A DNA stretch of 63,408 nt, filler included, from Nitrospirae bacterium CG2_30_53_67 (GTDB taxonomy: Bacteria > CG2-30-53-67), in NCBI GenBank assembly GCA_001873285.1. It is 7 parts of 7 records of this genome, joined end to end, with 100 filler letters (N's around TTAATTAATTAA, not from the genome) between each part and the next. Parts side by side here need not be neighbours in the genome. Positions count along the whole stretch, not along the records: positions 1 to 24,534 come from MNYV01000090.1; 6 more parts are not named here. One strand, 5' to 3'. This document shows, piece after piece, positions 8,728 to 17,646 of this stretch. Positions within the stretch are counted from its first letter, which is position 1. The number at the start of each line of letters is the position of its first letter. A model generated the notes under the pieces. The model had not been told where the DNA came from. It saw nothing but the letters and a program-made list of their open reading frames with translations, and did not search any database. The position numbers and the translations under genes were made by a program.

Positions 8728-10692
8728 TTGACTGACGGGAAGCGTAAAGAGCCCAAAACGGTGATCCTGGTAGGGAGCCCGAATGTAGGAAAAAGTGTGA
8801 TTTTCGGTCTGCTGACAGGAAGGTATGTGACCGTATCGAATTATCCGGGGACCTCCGTGGAGATCGTGGAGGGGATTATTCAAACCACCGGAAGGGGGCA
8901 GGAGAACATCAAGATCATCGACAGCCCCGGCGTCAACAGCCTGATTCCCAAGTCCGAGGATGAACAGGTGACGAGGAATATCCTTCTCCGAACAGAGGAC
9001 GCCGGGATCTTGCAGGTAGCCGATTTCAAGAATCTGAAGCGTTCCCTTCTGATCAACTCCCAGCTTTCAGACATGGGCTTGCCCATGGTTCTTGTCTTGA
9101 ATATGTATGACGAGGCCGAGGAGCGGGGGATCCGCATTGACCGTGACCGGCTCTCTGAGATTTTGGGGATTCGGGTGATCCCCACCGTGGCCACCGAGCG
9201 GAGGGGCCTCAGGGAGATTTGGAAGTCTCTCGGCGAATTCCGCCACGCAAACCGAGAGGCGCGGTTTTCTCCTCCCATCGAGGCCGCCGTTGAGGAACTC
9301 GCCGCTCTTCTTCCGGAGACGCCGGTCTCAAAAAGGTTTCTTGCCCTCACGCTTCTGGCGGAAGACAGGCATTTATATCATCTCCTGAAGGAAACCGACC
9401 CGGACCTCGACACCGGGAAGATTCAGGAGATCCTTCAAAAGGCTCAAGAGGAGTTCCAGGATCCTCTGGGTTATGTGATCCAGAAACAAAGGCAGGTCTA
9501 TGTGGATGAGATCTTCAAGCTCTGCGTTCAGCAGGAATACAAACCTTCATCGAGCCGGAGAGAAACCGTAGGGAATTGGGCCATGCATCCGGTCATCGGG
9601 GTTCCGGTCCTTTTCTTCCTCCTTTACCTGATGTACCTCTTCGTGGGGAAAATCGGGGCCGGTTACGGAGTCAATTTTTTGGAGAATGTTGTCTTCGGGC
9701 GGGTGGTGACGCCCTTCTTGACCCGTGTGGTGGATGCCGTCCTCCCCTTTGCCTTTATGCACGATCTTTTGGTCGGTGAGTACGGAGTTTTATCCGTGGG
9801 GCTCACTTACTCTGTGGCCATCGTTCTTCCGGTGGTCAGTTTCTTTTTCCTTTTTTTCGGATTGCTTGAGGACTCCGGTTACCTTCCCCGGCTCACGGTC
9901 ATGTCCAACCGAGTCTTCAAGAAGATCGGTTTGAACGGGAGGGCTGTTCTTCCCATGGTCCTCGGCCTCGGATGCGTCACCATGGCGACCCTGACCACAA
10001 GAATCCTGACGACCCGAAAGGAAAGAGTCATAGCCACCCTGCTTCTTGCCCTCGGGATCCCTTGTTCAGCCCAATTGGGAGTGATCTTGGGCCTGGTCGG
10101 GGGTCTCTCCATGAAGGCCCTGGCCATCGTGATCGTAACGGTTCTGATGCAGCTTTTGATTGTGGGCCATCTTGCGGCCAAGGTTGTTCCGGGCAAGAGT
10201 TCGGATTTCCTGATTGAGATTCCGCCCCTCCGAATCCCCCAGATGTCAAACATCGTTATGAAGACCTACCACAGGGTCAAATGGTTTCTGAAGGAGGCCG
10301 TTCCCCTTTTTATGCTGGGTACGTTTATCCTCTTTTTGCTCGATAGGCTGGGTTTGATCGGCGGGATTGAGCGGGTCCTCGCGCCGGTCCTGGAGGGGCT
10401 GCTTGATCTTCCGGCCAAGACAGCCCAGGCCTTTATTGTCGGGTTTCTGAGACGAGACTACGGCGCCGCCGGACTTTTCATGATGGCCGATCGGGGAGAA
10501 ATGAGTATGCTTCAGCTTGCTGTGAGTATGACGGTAATGGTCCTCTTTGTCCCTTGTCTGGCCAACTATTTTGTCATGATTAAAGAGCACGGCAAAAAAG
10601 TGGCTTTTTATATGGTGAGCTTTATCCTGGTTTATGCAATTCTGGTGGGGGCCGTGCTGAACGTCGTTCTACGAACTTTTTCGATTTTGTAG
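8728..10692 (+). CDS. feoB: ferrous iron transporter FeoB
   Basis: GSPNVGKS, VSNYPGTSVE, DSPG, NMYD G-motifs; LEDSGYLPR, LGCV, IPCSAQ membrane domain; GGAGG RBS before TTG. Confidence 0.95.
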   Translation: MTDGKRKEPKTVILVGSPNVGKSVIFGLLTGRYVTVSNYPGTSVEIVEGIIQTTGRGQENIKIIDSPGVNSLIPKSEDEQVTRNILLRTEDAGILQVADFKNLKRSLLINSQLSDMGLPMVLVLNMYDEAEERGIRIDRDRLSEILGIRVIPTVATERRGLREIWKSLGEFRHANREARFSPPIEAAVEELAALLPETPVSKRFLALTLLAEDRHLYHLLKETDPDLDTGKIQEILQKAQEEFQDPLGYVIQKQRQVYVDEIFKLCVQQEYKPSSSRRETVGNWAMHPVIGVPVLFFLLYLMYLFVGKIGAGYGVNFLENVVFGRVVTPFLTRVVDAVLPFAFMHDLLVGEYGVLSVGLTYSVAIVLPVVSFFFLFFGLLEDSGYLPRLTVMSNRVFKKIGLNGRAVLPMVLGLGCVTMATLTTRILTTRKERVIATLLLALGIPCSAQLGVILGLVGGLSMKALAIVIVTVLMQLLIVGHLAAKVVPGKSSDFLIEIPPLRIPQMSNIVMKTYHRVKWFLKEAVPLFMLGTFILFLLDRLGLIGGIERVLAPVLEGLLDLPAKTAQAFIVGFLRRDYGAAGLFMMADRGEMSMLQLAVSMTVMVLFVPCLANYFVMIKEHGKKVAFYMVSFILVYAILVGAVLNVVLRTFSIL

Positions 10693-10702
10693 GAGGAAGA
10701 CC

Positions 10703-11359
10703 ATGAACAGGGAAGATCGTGAAGAGGCCATGGAGTTGATCGGGACCCTGGGGGAGAAAGGAGAGGTGTTTTTAAAAGATCTGCAGGCGCGCGGCCTTAA
10801 CCATCCGCTCACGCAGGAACAGATCTCCCTTCTTCAAGAAGAGAAAATGATCGTCATCGATCCCCGTGGAAAAGTCCAGGCCACGGAGAAGGGGAAGAGC
10901 CTGTCCGAAGAGATCATCCGGCGCCATCGTCTGGCCGAGCGCCTGATTTCGGACGTATTGATCTTGAGGGAGAAGAACAAGATCGAAGAGTCCGCCTGTG
11001 ACCTTGAGCACGTGATGAGTCCGCAGTTGACCGACAGTATCTGCACCCTGCTCGGCCATCCCACAAGCTGTCCCCATGGGAAGCGCATCCCGCGTGGGAC
11101 CTGCTGTTCCGAAAAAAGAACGCAGATTGAAAGCCTGATCCGTTCTCTGGACAAGCTGGATCCGGGAGGGCAGGGAGTCATCGCCTATATCTCCACCCGG
11201 GACCATCAGCTCCTGGACCAGCTTACCTCTATGGGTCTTTTCCCCGGCACCCGGGTCAAGGTTCACCAGAAACAGCCTGCCCTGGTGATTCTCTTTGAGG
11301 AAACGACCCTGGCCCTGGACAAGGAGATCGCACGGGAGATCCATGTCTGGAGGAAGTAG
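10703..11359 (+). CDS. DtxR/MntR-family metal-dependent regulator with C-terminal FeoA domain
   Basis: RRHRLAERL, ACDLEH, LGHPTSCPHGKRIP, C-terminal LTSMGLFPGTRV FeoA/SH3-like segment. Confidence 0.88.
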   Translation: MNREDREEAMELIGTLGEKGEVFLKDLQARGLNHPLTQEQISLLQEEKMIVIDPRGKVQATEKGKSLSEEIIRRHRLAERLISDVLILREKNKIEESACDLEHVMSPQLTDSICTLLGHPTSCPHGKRIPRGTCCSEKRTQIESLIRSLDKLDPGGQGVIAYISTRDHQLLDQLTSMGLFPGTRVKVHQKQPALVILFEETTLALDKEIAREIHVWRK

Positions 11360-11391
11360 ACGGGGTCCCCCTCTAACGAACCCGCTTTCCC

Positions 11392-12816
11392 CTATGCTTT
11401 TTTGATGAAAGCCATGACCCTCTCCGCGGCACGCTCTGCGCTCTCAACGCAGTCATTAATCCCGATACCGTAGAAAGCGTTGCCTGTCAGGAAGAGACCG
11501 GGATGATCTTCGGCGAGGATCTGCTCCAATGCGGAGAGACGTTTGCCGTGGCCGACCGTATATTGCGGGATGGCTTCTTTGTGTTGGAATATCTTGACAA
11601 ACTTTGGTGCAGCCTGGATCCCCATGATCTCTTTCAGCGTCTGCCGGGCGCCGGCAAGAATCTCATCGGGATTTGCAAGAGCGTATTCGGGATGACGGGC
11701 GCCGCCGGCCATGCTCCGAAGAGAGACATACCCCTCGGGCGCCCTTCCGGGGAAGATGCTGGAATCCCAAAGCGTACCCAGGATCTTCTTGTTTTCCTGA
11801 TTCGGAATCAGGAAACCGAAGCCGTCTACGGAAATCGGAATGGACTCTTTCCGATACCCCAGGCAGATGACGGAAACCGGGGCATAAGGGATTTGACGCA
11901 GCGTGTCCGATGCCTGGTCGGAAAGCCCTGAAAGTATCCGGGCGGCGGCGTAGGCTGGAACGGCGGAGACCACAATTTTTGCAGGGATAGGAGCGCTTTG
12001 ATTTTCCACCTGAATCCGGAAAGGCGGTTCACCCTTCAAGCCCCTTTGAATCCGGCTGACCTTGCAGGATACTTGAATGGAACCGGAAAGTGCGTCACGC
12101 AGGGCATGAACCAGATCTTCCAGCCCCCCCGCAAAGGAAGTGAGGATGCCCCCGGGGCCGGCCGGGCCGGCCTGGGGCGCCTTTGCTTCTCCCTCAGTCC
12201 TTTTTTTCTTTTGGATTTTGATCATGGCCCGGATCAGGCTTCCATACTCAGCTTCCAGCTCTGCGATCCTCGGGAAGCAGCTTTTCAGACTCATCTGTTC
12301 CGGGTCTCCGGCGAAGATCCCCGAGACCATGGGCCCGATCAGTTTGTCTAAGGCCTCTTGCCCCAGTCTCCGCCGCGCAAAATCCGCAAGGGTTTCGTCC
12401 CGGTCCTTCGGGGCTTTCCGGGCCCAGAGCTCACCGATGATTCTCAGACGGCCCCGGAGAGACAGAAGGCCGGATTTAAAAAATGCAGGAGGACTTTCGG
12501 GGAGAGCATGAAGTTTTCCCCCGGAATAAATAAAACGTTTGCGCGCCTGATCCCGGCTTTTGAGAAGCCGCCCTGAAACACCGAGCCGTTTACAAAGCTC
12601 AAGAGTGAGAGGCTTGTTGTCGAGAAAACCGTTGGGGCCGTACTCACAAAGAAAGCCCTGGTCTCGAATGCTCCAGATCTTCCCTCCGAGCCGGTCTTCG
12701 CTTTCCAGGACCGTGAGTTCAATGTCCTGCCCGGTTCTTGCGGCGCCTTCCCGGATGCAAAAGGCGGCCAAGAGACCGGAAATACCGCCGCCGATGACCA
12801 CGATCCGTGTTCCCAT
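11392..12816 (-). CDS. hemY: protoporphyrinogen/coproporphyrinogen oxidase (HemY family)
   Basis: VIGGGISGL, RLGGKI, EYGPNGF, AIPQYTVGH, GIGINDCV. Confidence 0.92.
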   Translation of the reverse strand: MGTRIVVIGGGISGLLAAFCIREGAARTGQDIELTVLESEDRLGGKIWSIRDQGFLCEYGPNGFLDNKPLTLELCKRLGVSGRLLKSRDQARKRFIYSGGKLHALPESPPAFFKSGLLSLRGRLRIIGELWARKAPKDRDETLADFARRRLGQEALDKLIGPMVSGIFAGDPEQMSLKSCFPRIAELEAEYGSLIRAMIKIQKKKRTEGEAKAPQAGPAGPGGILTSFAGGLEDLVHALRDALSGSIQVSCKVSRIQRGLKGEPPFRIQVENQSAPIPAKIVVSAVPAYAAARILSGLSDQASDTLRQIPYAPVSVICLGYRKESIPISVDGFGFLIPNQENKKILGTLWDSSIFPGRAPEGYVSLRSMAGGARHPEYALANPDEILAGARQTLKEIMGIQAAPKFVKIFQHKEAIPQYTVGHGKRLSALEQILAEDHPGLFLTGNAFYGIGINDCVESAERAAERVMAFIKKA

Positions 12817-12882
12817 GGTGAATCCTGTATGCGGAAAAGAAACAATATTTTTTGCATACTTATATAGGAGAGCGGTGAAATG

Positions 12883-13842
12883 TCAATGATTTTTTTCAGT
12901 ATCGCTGACGCCCAGGCGGGGACTGTGATCCTGATCAATATGTATCCCTGCGAACGCATCGAATTGAGAGAGATATTTCTTGAGTTTGCGGATCAGCCTC
13001 GTCTCAATCTGACGCACCCGTTCCCGGCTGATCTTGTAGCTGTTCGCAATCTCCTGAAGGGTCGCCGGATTTTCGGACAAAAGCCGTTTCTTGAAGATCA
13101 GGAGTTCCTTTTCCCCCAGAGTTCTTGAGAACTCCCGGAGCTTTTCAGTGAAAAGTTTCATGAATTGGGAGTCCGCCAATCGTTCATCAACCGGGATCTC
13201 CTTTGATGAGAAGAAGTGCATGAAGGAGGTCTTGGAGTCTTCCTGAATCGGGGCATCCAGAGAGACTTCGTCTCCCTTGAGGATTTGCTGCATCTCAATG
13301 ACGTCGGACTCCCGGACGTCGAAACTTTCGGCCAGCAGCCTGGGGCTGGGCATATCCCCGTCGGCCATGATCCGTTCATATTCCTGGTTGAGTTTAAAAA
13401 AGAGCTTCTTCTGGGCTGCGGTGGTCCCGATTTTATAGATACGATAGTTGTTCATGATGAATTTCAGAATATAGGCCCGGATCCACCAGGCTGCATACGT
13501 GGAGAGCTTAACTCCTTTGTAGGGGTCATATTTTTTGATCGCCTGCATCAGTCCGATATTTCCTTCCTGGATCAGGTCAAGAACGTTCTGGTAAAGGCGG
13601 ACAAAATCAAAGGCGATCTTGACGACCAGGCGAAGATTTCCCAAGACCAGTTTCTGTGCGGCGTCTACATCCCGGGTTTCGGCGTAGCGTACCGCCAGGG
13701 CATATTCTTCCTCGGGGGTGAGAAGGGGATAGGTCCTGATCTCTGATAGGTACCTCTGCAGGGGATCGCTCTTGATCAGCGACTTCCCTCCCGCGGCAGG
13801 CGGTTTGTTCGTGTTGTTCGGATGCGCTTTGTTTTTCATCAT
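12883..13842 (-). CDS. rpoH: RNA polymerase sigma factor, RpoH/sigma-32 family
   Basis: NLRLVVKIA, DLIQEGNIGLM, TYAAWWIRAYI, RpoH-box-like QKKLFFKL, ISRERVRQIE. Confidence 0.85.
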   Translation of the reverse strand: MMKNKAHPNNTNKPPAAGGKSLIKSDPLQRYLSEIRTYPLLTPEEEYALAVRYAETRDVDAAQKLVLGNLRLVVKIAFDFVRLYQNVLDLIQEGNIGLMQAIKKYDPYKGVKLSTYAAWWIRAYILKFIMNNYRIYKIGTTAAQKKLFFKLNQEYERIMADGDMPSPRLLAESFDVRESDVIEMQQILKGDEVSLDAPIQEDSKTSFMHFFSSKEIPVDERLADSQFMKLFTEKLREFSRTLGEKELLIFKKRLLSENPATLQEIANSYKISRERVRQIETRLIRKLKKYLSQFDAFAGIHIDQDHSPRLGVSDTEKNH

Positions 13843-13944
13843 ATGAAGTATTTTATATTATCATAATGAATGGTTCAGGTCAAAGTTGAATCAAGGGATG
13901 GGTCTGCGACAAATTTATGGGTACAAATCAGGGTTACATATGTT

Positions 13945-14030
13945 TGTCATTGTCCGGTCCCCCGATCCAGTCGGAGGACAGGCCCGACCTGTCTGCCGTG
14001 GCATCGGCACAGGCTGGCCGGACAATCCAG
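13945..14030. repeat. family D palindrome with two nested small palindromic insertions
   Basis: Outer arms tgtcattgtccgg...ccggacaatccag match the reverse complement of 37266-37296; loop holds cccccgatccagtcggaggacagg and cctgtctgccgtggcatcggcacagg. Confidence 0.7.
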
Positions 14031-14087
14031 TCTTTTTCCGATTGAGAAGGATTCTATCCAGAGCAGGGATAGCCCGGATTTTTACGG

Positions 14088-14597
14088 TCAATCAAGATGG
14101 GTTGTGTTCAGCGGTTCTGAGGATGGTTTTTCTTCCTGTGATTTTTTCTCAGTCAGGTCTTTGAGCATGATGCGGTATAAAATTTCTCTTATTTCCGGAG
14201 AGGAGATCAGGCGGAGCGATGATTCGATCTCCTCTTTTTCAGCCCGGCTGATTCTGATCTTTTCAGAGCGGGTCTTTTGGGGTCGAGGTTCCGGGCCGTC
14301 AAGGGTCCCGATGCGAAAACGGATCTCCGACGCGGCCTCAAAGCCGAGTTTTCGGTTGATATTCCGGATGATGGGGTCCTTGAGAAAGTTGAGCTGATGC
14401 ATCCAGGAAGAATGTTCAACCGTGATGAACAGACACTTGCCGGAAAAGAATTCCGGACGGGTCTTTGAAGCAACCTCCGGGCCTACAATCTCTTCCCAGC
14501 AGGACCAGATGGCATGCCTCTCAATGATCCAATCCATGCCGAATTCCTTAAGGATGGCTTTCACTGTCCGGCCGGCGGCGACAGGAGTTCTTTCCAT
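14088..14597 (-). CDS. DUF721/DciA-family protein
   Basis: WEEIVGPEVASKTRP, LFITVEHSSWMHQLNFLK..I...IN, IRFRIG. Confidence 0.85.
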   Translation of the reverse strand: MERTPVAAGRTVKAILKEFGMDWIIERHAIWSCWEEIVGPEVASKTRPEFFSGKCLFITVEHSSWMHQLNFLKDPIIRNINRKLGFEAASEIRFRIGTLDGPEPRPQKTRSEKIRISRAEKEEIESSLRLISSPEIREILYRIMLKDLTEKKSQEEKPSSEPLNTTHLD

Positions 14598-14652
14598 ACA
14601 TAACCCCTCAGGTGGATATCATCTTTTGTTTTGATAAGGGCTTTATCTTTTT

Positions 14653-14929
14653 GGTTCATCTCCAAAAGAGTGGGTGAAAAGATCAGGGGTCAAGGGGTCA
14701 AGGATTCCAGGGGTCAAGTGAAGTGCTTTTCAAGACTTGAGGGTCCGAGGGTTCCAGTGTTTTTCTCTGGAGATTTTGCTTGCGTTTAAATATTTCACTT
14801 GACCCCTTGACCCCTTGATACCTCAGTGTAGTAGCCGTCGCAGACGGCAAGGATAGAGAAAAGCGGTGCACGCGAAGCGTAACCCTGGAATCCTCGAACC
14901 CTTTTTACCCACTATATGTGAGAAGAACC
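14653..14929. mobile_element. MITE family B, copy 1 (8-mer arrays inside; extra internal insertion ~14819-14881)
   Basis: Ends GGTTCATCTC / GAGAAGAACC; near identical to 39826-40083 and 42500-42654. Confidence 0.8.
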
Positions 14930-15023
14930 ATTTTTTCTAAATTTTTAATCCTAAGACGAGAATGTGTCAAGAAGAATCAACAGGCGCCGCCTGCTTTTAA
15001 GGGCTTCGAGCCGAATTTTTGTG

Positions 15024-15052
15024 TTGCGTCTCGGTCATAGAGGTGGTATATT
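15024..15052 (+). promoter_or_regulatory. sigma70-type promoter for galT-glgA
   Basis: TTGCGT-17 nt-TATATT with extended -10 TG. Confidence 0.5.
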
Positions 15053-15114
15053 AAAAAAATTCCTAAGTCATTTAAAAATAGGCTGTTTTTGCTTGTGCGA
15101 AGGGGAGGATATAT

Positions 15115-16113
15115 ATGCCTGAACTGAGAAAGGACCCCATCATCGGCCGGTGGGTCATCATCTCAACGAATCGGGGAAAGAGGCCCACGGACTTTGGGGA
15201 GACCCTTCTTAAAAGAAACGGGGGGTTTTGTCCATTCTGCTATGGGAATGAAAAGGTCACGCCTCCGGAAATTCTTGCCTTCAGAAAAAACGATTCGGCG
15301 CCCAATACCGAAGGATGGAGTTTGCGGGTGGTGGCCAATAAATTTCCTGCCCTTCAGATAGAAGGGGACCTCAACAAACGGGCTGAAGGGATCTATGACA
15401 AGATGAACGGGATCGGGGCGCATGAGGTCATTATCGAAACCCCTCACCACGACAAGACCCTGAGCACCCTCCCTCTGGAAAAGGTCGAAGATGCGCTCTG
15501 GGCATACCGTGAGAGGATGGTGGACTTAAAGAGGGATCCTCGATTCAAGTATATCCTCATCTTCAAGAATGAAGGACTTTCGGCAGGGGCTTCCCTGGAG
15601 CATTCCCACTCCCAGTTGATCGCCCTCCCGATTGTGCCCAAAAGGGTTGCCGAAGAGATCCAGGGCGCATCGCTTCATTACCGGTATAAGGAGCGCTGCG
15701 TCTACTGCGATATTCTTCATCAGGAGCTGGAATCCAGGATTCGGGTGATCTCAGAGAACGAGCACTATGTGGCGATAGAGCCGTTTACGCCGAGGTTCCC
15801 TTTTGAAACGTGGGTTCTTCCCAAGGCCCATCAATCCTCATTTGAGCAGATGCCTCGTGAAAAATACCTTCTTCTCGCTGCTATCCTTCAGGATACCCTG
15901 AAGCGGATTGACAAGACCTTGAACATGCCCCCCTACAACTATATCCTGCATACTTCGCCGATTGGAGAAGAGGTCAACGACTATTATCACTGGCATTTGG
16001 AGATCATGCCCAAGTTGACCCGTGTGGCCGGCTTTGAATGGGGTTCGGGTTTTTATATCAATCCGACCCCGCCTGAGGAAGCAGCGGAGTTTCTAAGGGA
16101 AGCGCGAGTGTAA
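15115..16113 (+). CDS. galT: GalT-family nucleotidylyltransferase (possibly ADP-glucose phosphorylase type)
   Basis: ELRKDP, RGKRP, CPFC.GNE, NKFPAL, GAHEVIIE, AGASLEHSHSQ. Confidence 0.9.
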   Translation: MPELRKDPIIGRWVIISTNRGKRPTDFGETLLKRNGGFCPFCYGNEKVTPPEILAFRKNDSAPNTEGWSLRVVANKFPALQIEGDLNKRAEGIYDKMNGIGAHEVIIETPHHDKTLSTLPLEKVEDALWAYRERMVDLKRDPRFKYILIFKNEGLSAGASLEHSHSQLIALPIVPKRVAEEIQGASLHYRYKERCVYCDILHQELESRIRVISENEHYVAIEPFTPRFPFETWVLPKAHQSSFEQMPREKYLLLAAILQDTLKRIDKTLNMPPYNYILHTSPIGEEVNDYYHWHLEIMPKLTRVAGFEWGSGFYINPTPPEEAAEFLREARV

Positions 16114-16147
16114 GTGTCTCTAAGTGTCTGCCGTTTTGGAGACCGAC

Positions 16148-17644
16148 ATGAAGATCCTGTTTGCAGCCTCAGAGATGGTTCCCTTTGCCAAGACCGGAGG
16201 GTTGGCCGATGTGGCCGGAAGCCTTCCCGGCGCGCTGCGGGGGCTTGGACACGATGTCCGGGTGATCATCCCCAAGTATCGGTCGGTGGATCGTTCAGGC
16301 GCAACACTGAAAGAAACCGGATGCAAGGTTCATGCCCGGGTGGGGGAAGAGGTCCTCGTAGGCGATATTTTGAGCGGGACACTCCCCTCAGGCGTCCCGG
16401 TCTATCTGATACGGTACGATCCATTTTTTGACCGGGAACATCTTTACGGTTCATCCCAAGGGGATTATCCGGATAACGCCTCCCGCTTTATCTTTTTTTC
16501 TCGGGCCATCCTGGATGCCATGAAAAGTCTGGACTTCTGGCCTGATGTCCTGCATCTGAATGACTGGCAGACCGGATTGGCGGCCCTTTATCTTCAGACG
16601 TACAAGGGGGTTGCGCGATTCAGCGAGGTTGCATCCCTTTTTACCATTCACAATCTCGGTTATCAAGGGCTCTTCTGGCATTTTGACCTCCCGCTGACCG
16701 GCCTGGGATGGGAGTACTTTACTCCCGATGGGATCGAGTTCCATGGGAAGATCAATTTTCTTAAGGCGGGGTTGCTCTACGCGGACGGCCTCAATACGGT
16801 CAGCCGAAAATATGCCGAAGAGATTCAGACGCCCGAATTCGGTTTCGGTCTGGAAGGGGTGCTGAGCAAACGTTCAGGAGACCTCTTTGGAATTTTAAAC
16901 GGGGTGGATGATTCTTCCTGGGATCCCGCTGCCGATCCTTTGATTCCTGCCGGGTACTCATTGAAGAATATGGAAGGGAAACCCATATGCAAGAAGGCCC
17001 TTTTGAAAGCATTCGGTTTGAGCGAAGAGATGAACCGCCCGGTGATCGGCTGCGTTTCTCGGCTGATTGAGCAGAAGGGTTTCGACCTGATCTCGGCCGT
17101 GGAGGAAGATCTGGCGGGGATGGACCTCGCCCTTGTGGTTCTCGGTTCCGGTGAAGAGAAGTATCAGCGGATCCTGCTGCGGCTTGCTCAGAAGTATCCG
17201 GAGCGGTTCGGAGTCAAGATCGCCTATGACAACCGGACCGCCCACCTGATCGAGGCCGGCTCGGATTTTTTTCTCATGCCGTCCAAATACGAACCCTGCG
17301 GGCTGAACCAGATGTACAGCCTGAAATACGGGACCATACCCATTGTCCGGGCCACGGGCGGACTGGATGACACGATTGTCAATTTCAATCCCAAGATGCT
17401 GAAAGGGAACGGTTTCAAATTTGCGGATTACACTCCGGAGATGCTCTCCGTCACCCTTCGAAGGGCCCTTCAGGTTTATGACAGCCAGGCCCTTTGGAAA
17501 GAACTGGTCAAGAATGCCATGGCATGCAATTTTTCCTGGAGCCGATCGGCCGTGGAATATGAAAAGCTTTATACCCGGATACTCAAAAAGAAACGCAAGG
17601 CCGGAATATCCATTGCAGAGGGCTCCTTTCAGGGGCGATTTTAA
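16148..17644 (+). CDS. glgA: glycogen synthase
   Basis: MKILFAASEMVPFAKTGGLADV, HLNDWQT, TIHNLGYQG, MPSKYEPCGLNQM; ATG 16148 chosen as start. Confidence 0.97.
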   Translation: MKILFAASEMVPFAKTGGLADVAGSLPGALRGLGHDVRVIIPKYRSVDRSGATLKETGCKVHARVGEEVLVGDILSGTLPSGVPVYLIRYDPFFDREHLYGSSQGDYPDNASRFIFFSRAILDAMKSLDFWPDVLHLNDWQTGLAALYLQTYKGVARFSEVASLFTIHNLGYQGLFWHFDLPLTGLGWEYFTPDGIEFHGKINFLKAGLLYADGLNTVSRKYAEEIQTPEFGFGLEGVLSKRSGDLFGILNGVDDSSWDPAADPLIPAGYSLKNMEGKPICKKALLKAFGLSEEMNRPVIGCVSRLIEQKGFDLISAVEEDLAGMDLALVVLGSGEEKYQRILLRLAQKYPERFGVKIAYDNRTAHLIEAGSDFFLMPSKYEPCGLNQMYSLKYGTIPIVRATGGLDDTIVNFNPKMLKGNGFKFADYTPEMLSVTLRRALQVYDSQALWKELVKNAMACNFSWSRSAVEYEKLYTRILKKKRKAGISIAEGSFQGRF

Positions 17645-17646
17645 AT

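Noticed and set aside
14685..14900. Octamer arrays (also 39860-40055, 51327-51432) as CRISPR
   Set aside because: No constant repeat with unique spacers, no cas genes; period is 8 nt and the arrays are inverted.
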